DNA of 64,000 nucleotides from Eledone cirrhosa (Eukaryota): NCBI GenBank assembly GCA_964016885.1, contig OZ024747.1, positions 496,001 to 560,000 of the forward strand, read 5' to 3'. Shown piece by piece: positions 56,842 to 64,000 of this stretch (position 1 is its first letter; each line of letters starts with the position of its first letter). The notes under the pieces were generated by a model. It saw only the letters and a program-made list of their open reading frames with translations, ran no database searches and was not told where the DNA came from. The position numbers and the translations under genes were made by a program.

Positions 56842-57332
56842 CACATGTATATATATATACATATATATACATATATACATATATATACATATATATATAT
56901 ATACATATATATACATATATACATATATATACATATATATACATATATACATATATATACATATATATATATATATACATATATATACATATATATACAT
57001 ATATACATATATATACATATATATATATATACATATATATACATATATACATATATATACATATATATATATATACATATATATACATATATATACATAT
57101 ATACATATATATACATATATATATATATACATATATATACATATATACATATATATACATATATATATATATACATATATATACATATATGTATATATAT
57201 ACACATATATATATATATATATACATATATATACATATATACATATATATACATATATATATATATACATATATATACATATATACATATATATACATAT
57301 ACATATATATACATATATATATATATATACAC

Positions 57333-57366
<34 letters not shown>

Positions 57367-57370
57367 GTAT

Positions 57371-57437
<67 letters not shown>

Positions 57438-57438
57438 C

Positions 57439-57495
<57 letters not shown>

Positions 57496-57687
57496 CATAT
57501 ATATATACATACATTAATAATACATACATATATATACATATATATATATATATACACATATATATATATATATACACATATATATATATATATACACATA
57601 TATATATATATACACATATATATATATATACATATATATACATATATATATATACACATATATATATATACACATATATATATATAC

Positions 57688-57718
<31 letters not shown>
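56555..57718. repeat. Long (TA)n/(TACA) microsatellite
   Basis: Directly visible. Confidence 0.98.
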
Positions 57719-57719
<1 letters not shown>

Positions 57720-60070
57720 TGGTACTAGAAATGAGGAAGGCTCCAGAATCCTGGAATTCTGTGATGCAAATAACCCAACTATCTGTAACACTAACTTCAA
57801 AAAACGTGACAATCACCTGATCACCTATAGATCCGGGGAACACACAAGCCAGGTAGATTATATCCTTACCAGAAGACGTGACAGAGTGTCTGTTGTTAAC
57901 ACTAAATCCCTCCCCCATGAAGAATGCACCTCCCAACATAGACTGATAATTAGCGACCTCATAGTCAGGACGAGACGTACTCGACAACAGAAGAGGACTA
58001 TCCTCAGGAGGAAAATATGGAAGCTAAAGGACCCCACAGCCAGGAATAAATTTCAAAGCATATTACTTGATGCTTTCGACAGTAAGGAAGAACATTTAGA
58101 GTCGGACAATATAGAGGGAGAGTGGGAATTTCTGAAAGCAAACCTGCTGTTGGCGACAGACGAAGTCTGTGGCTGGAGCAGGCCTGTAGGCAGGAGGAGA
58201 GTAACATGGTGGTGGAACAGTAAGGTGGAGGGGTCAATTAAGGCCAAAAAGCAGGCTTGGAAAGTATGGCGGGATGGGGGAAGTAGAGAGGACTATCAAG
58301 TGGCCAGGAGGGAAGCTAGGAGACAAGTGTACTTAGCAAGAAGGGAAGCTGAGGAAAGAAAGTTCAAGCATGTTCTACAACGCGATGACCAAAAACGTGA
58401 GGTGTTCAGGATTGCTAGGCAATGCGTCAAGGAAAACCGTGATATTGTCGGGGAGAAGTGTGTACTAAACGACGATGGCACACTTGCCATCACCGACGCT
58501 GATAAGAAGGTAGCTTGGAAGTGTCACTATGAAAGGCTACTAAATGAGGAGAATAATTGGGAGAAAGGCAGTCTCCCCCATATCGACCCAATAGAGGGAC
58601 CAGCAGTGTTAAAGTTGGCGTCCATCAGGGCTCTGTTCTCAGCCCACTACTATTTATTATTGCCCTTCAGGCTATAACAGAGGAGTTCAAGACAGGCTGC
58701 CCATGGGAACTCCTATACGCAGACGACCTGACACTCATAGCGGAATCAATGGCCGAGCTAGAGAAGAAATTCCAAACATGGAAGCACGGCCTAGAGTCAA
58801 AAGGACTTAAAATTAACCTGGCTAAGACCAAAGTACTAGTTTGTAGGAAAGAAAACAAGGCGGCGGTCCCTTCTGGGAAATGGTCGTGCTCGGTGTGTAG
58901 GAAAGGCGTAGGTAGAAACTCCATTTTATGTCCTAAATGCAAAGTATGGGTGCATAAAAGATGTAGTGGGATCACAGGTAAGCTAACTAAGAACATAGAT
59001 TTTACATGTGGCCGGTGCTCTGGTGCAATAAGTAGCAGCAAGTGCCCACAAACTACTAGCTCTTTCAATTGCGCAGAGGGTTCTATAGAAATAGTGGACA
59101 GCTTCCGTTACCTGGGCGATAAAATCAGCAGTGGGGGAGGGTGCTCTGAAAGTACTGTAGCTAGAGTCAGAACTGGTTGGAAAAAGTTCAGAGAGCTTAT
59201 ACCACTATTAGCTGCTAAAGGGTTCTCACTAAAAATGAAAGGCAGGTTGTACGATGCCTGCATACGAACAGCAATGCTGCATGGCAGTGAGACCTGGGCA
59301 TTGTGTGCAGAGGATATACGCAGACTAGAGAGGAACGAAGCTTGCATGCTCCGCTGGATGTGTAACAGTAATATACGTGAACGGCAAAGCATAAACGAAC
59401 TAAGGAAAAAATTAGAAATAAGAGGGATCAGATGTTGTTTACTCGAGAGAAGGCTACGTTGGTATGGACACGTGATGCGCATGAAAGTCGATAGCTGTAT
59501 AACAAAGTGCAGGGCAATAAAGATAGACGGTAGTCACGGAATAGGCAGACCTAGAAAAACCTGGGACGAGCTGATAAACTCCGACATCACACACTTACAC
59601 CTCTCCAAGACAATGTCACTGGACCGAGACCTTTGGCGGTACTCAGTAACAGAGAAGACCCGCCTTACCTAAATATATAGTAAAACCTACTCCAGCCAGT
59701 AGGCATCTCTAACAAAATACACCCCGTCCCACCACCCCCGCCCCCACCCCATCCACACCACCCCGTTCTATGTAAAGTTATGTTGGTGCCGCGCCATCGA
59801 GGCCGAAACAAATGAGATCGTGTAGGTGTCACGACAAAAAAACACACAGTCCACGCTGTAATGTGGCCGTGTAGGCAACACGGTAAAAACCTCCCAGACC
59901 CACACTGTAAATGTGGTTGGTGTTAGGAAGGGCATCCAACTGTAGAAAACCTGCCAGACAGTCCTATGCGAGCAAGACAATCACTCTTGCCTCAAGTGGG
60001 ACTACCCCCGTCCAAACCCATGCAAGCGTGGAGCACGGACGTTAAACGTTGATGATGATGATGATGATGA
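57719..60070 (+). mobile_element. RTE LINE, 5'-truncated within APE, with a ~0.6 kb internal RT deletion at ~58608
   Basis: EGPAVL is joined directly to KVGVHQGS, unlike the intact region 32010-32640. Confidence 0.93.
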
Positions 60071-61630
<1,560 letters not shown>

Positions 61631-61699
61631 TTTATTAAAATAACAGATTAAAGTTTAAGCAAAGAATCGTTGGATTTTAGTCTTCAAATTTATTATTAT

Positions 61700-61737
<38 letters not shown>

Positions 61738-62029
61738 GATATATGTGTGATACATCTATTTCCTTATTCAGTTTTTAATCATTAAAATGACCTTTAGTTT
61801 CATAATTATCACTGTTTCAGTCGTAATAGAGTTGTTGTTGTTGTTGTTGTAGTTCGTTTTTGAGTTGTTTATATGTTTTTGTTATTTTTATTACAGAAAA
61901 AAGAGAAAAAGATTCAATTATTATTATTTCCCTTCCCCCCAAAATGGCTGACTTTGTGCCTCTCGTAGAAATCCTTGTGATGTTGGTGTGGGTAAGGGTG
62001 ATAGTACTTGGTAGGGGTGTCATTGTTGT

Positions 62030-62210
62030 TGATGGTGGTAGTGGTGGAGATGGTGGTGGTGGTGATGGTGGTGGTGGTGGTGGTAGTAGTGGAGGTGGTG
62101 GTGGTGGTGGTGGTGATGGTGATAGTAGTGGTAGTGGTGGTGGTAGTAGTGGAGATGGTGGTGGTGATGGTGATAGTGGTGGTAGTGATGTGGTGGAGGT
62201 GGTAGAGGTG
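62030..62210. repeat. (GGT)n array
   Basis: Directly visible. Confidence 0.95.
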
Positions 62211-62293
62211 TCATTACAACGTGACAATACAAGAGAACAGTAGTTTAATCTCAATGTAGAGCTTCATTCTCTAACCTGCTTTTGACTAATTCT

Positions 62294-62530
62294 TCTGCTG
62301 GTCACTCCACACTCTGCTGGTCACTCCATACTCTGCTGGTCACTTCACACTCTGCTGGTCACTCCACACTCTGCTGGTCACTTCACACTCTGCTGGTCAC
62401 TTCACACTCTGCTGGTCACTTCATACTCTGCTGGTCACTCTATACTCTGCTGGTCACTTCATACTCTGCTGATCACTCCACACTCTGCTGGTCACTCCAT
62501 ACTCTGCTGGTCACTCCACACTCTGTTGGT
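62294..62530. repeat. 19-bp minisatellite, ~12 copies (ctctgctggtcactccaca)
   Basis: Directly visible. Confidence 0.95.
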
Positions 62531-63696
62531 TCTCAACAACAACTCGTCCAAGACTTCCAGGCACAATGATCCGACAATTCCTTTCAATAATACTGTTTGT
62601 TTTATTCCTATCTACAAAAGCAGGTATGTAACTTTGCATTCACACAAACATACACACACGTCTTCATGAGTATGAATGTGTGTGTGTTTGTATGTGGGTC
62701 ACTGCCTTCTTTTACTGGTTTCAATTATTGGACTGTGGCCATGCTGGAGCACTGCCTTGATTTAGTCTACCATATCAACCCCAGTACTGTGGCCATGCTG
62801 GGGCACTGCCTTAGTCTACCATATCAACCTTTCTTTTCTTTCAAGTTATTTTAATGATCTCTATTTGCTGAACTGCTAAGTTATGTGATATAAACTCAGA
62901 TACTGCCGGAAACGTAGACCTAGCTAAGGGGTTCATCATCATCATCATCACTTAACTGTCCTTTTCCCTCCTAGTTTGGGTGGGATGTCAGTACTGAAGT
63001 GAAGCTACTGACCTCTCAGGCTGGGACGATGTGGACAGGTTCCCACTCACATTCTACTGAGTGTCACATCTCACTCACACATGTTCCCACACTCTATTGA
63101 GTGTCACATCTCACTCACACATGTCCCTACACTCTACTGAGTGCTTAGAATCTCTTAGGAAAGAATCGCTGGACAGGTTTTTCAGGCAAAACCAACTGGC
63201 AGAAGACCCAGAGCAAGATAGTTGGATAACATACATGAGCGGGCTGTCATGCTTGGGGATCCAGCTGGATTAATTGGAGAAGGTTGCTTCTGACAGGACC
63301 CACTGGAAGAAGTGTTTGAGGACTGTGCCCCCACCCATCCCCAGGAATAAGTAGGCAGAGGGGAAGAAGATCACCCAATAAAATATCACAACACATTATT
63401 ACATAATCGATGTGAAACACTATAACACCAACAACTTCCATTCTACGCAATTACTATCTAATACTAATCACACAGTACAGACCACATAGTACGTACTAAA
63501 ACACTAACACTACCCAACAAAATAGCATAACTCATACTGAACACAGCCCTCACAACAGTTAAAGAGTTAACTCATACTGAACACAGCTTCACAACAGATG
63601 GAGGGTTAAACATGGATGAGTAAATAAACAACTCTACAGATAAAAACAAAGGAAGGAGTTGTAAAATCAAATCCTAAACTATTAGGAGATGGATAT

Positions 63697-63931
63697 CACA
63701 AGATTCTCTCTCTACACCCCTTCTCAGACTGGTATTAATAACACAAGAGGATTCTCTCTCTACACCACTTCTCAGACTGGTATTAATATCACAAGAGGAT
63801 TCCCTCTCTACACCCCTTCTCAGACTGGTATTAATAACACAAGAGGATTCTCTCTCTACACCCCTTCTCAGACTGGTATTAATAACACAAGAGGATTCTC
63901 TCTCTACACCCCTTCTCAGACTGGTATTAAT
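63697..63931. repeat. 48-bp minisatellite, ~5 copies
   Basis: Unit acacaagaggattctctctctacaccccttctcagactggtattaata. Confidence 0.95.
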
Positions 63932-64000
63932 ATTTTCAAGTAACATATTGAAACAGGACTGGACAGCAGCTAAAGAATCAGTCGGATGATATTTGTAAAT

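Overview
AT-rich, repeat-dense animal genomic DNA, most likely a cephalopod (Octopus-like); this is inferred from RTE LINEs with (GAT)n tails, tRNA-headed SINEs and very long (TA)n arrays. Most of the window is transposons: several RTE LINEs, a near full-length CR1-type LINE, Penelope-like elements with hammerhead ribozymes, and a non-autonomous LTR element with a tRNA-Trp PBS, plus micro- and minisatellites. Most long ORFs in the supplied track are microsatellite artefacts. The main discovery is a ~43 kb minus-strand gene (ATG 46534 to TGA 3102) that the ORF track misses. By hand it splices into a stop-free ~261 aa signal-peptide protein with 11 symmetric phase-0 micro-exons of 18-45 nt. Several micro-exons arose by tandem duplication and have diverged far faster than their flanking introns (5 of 5 substitutions non-synonymous in one 27-nt pair, against about 2 differences in ~375 nt of intron). 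This resembles schistosome micro-exon genes or fast-evolving toxin/recognition genes. It converges on the 3' end of a trypsin-like gene that lacks the catalytic-serine segment. All splicing, alignment and folding was done by eye and needs transcript confirmation.
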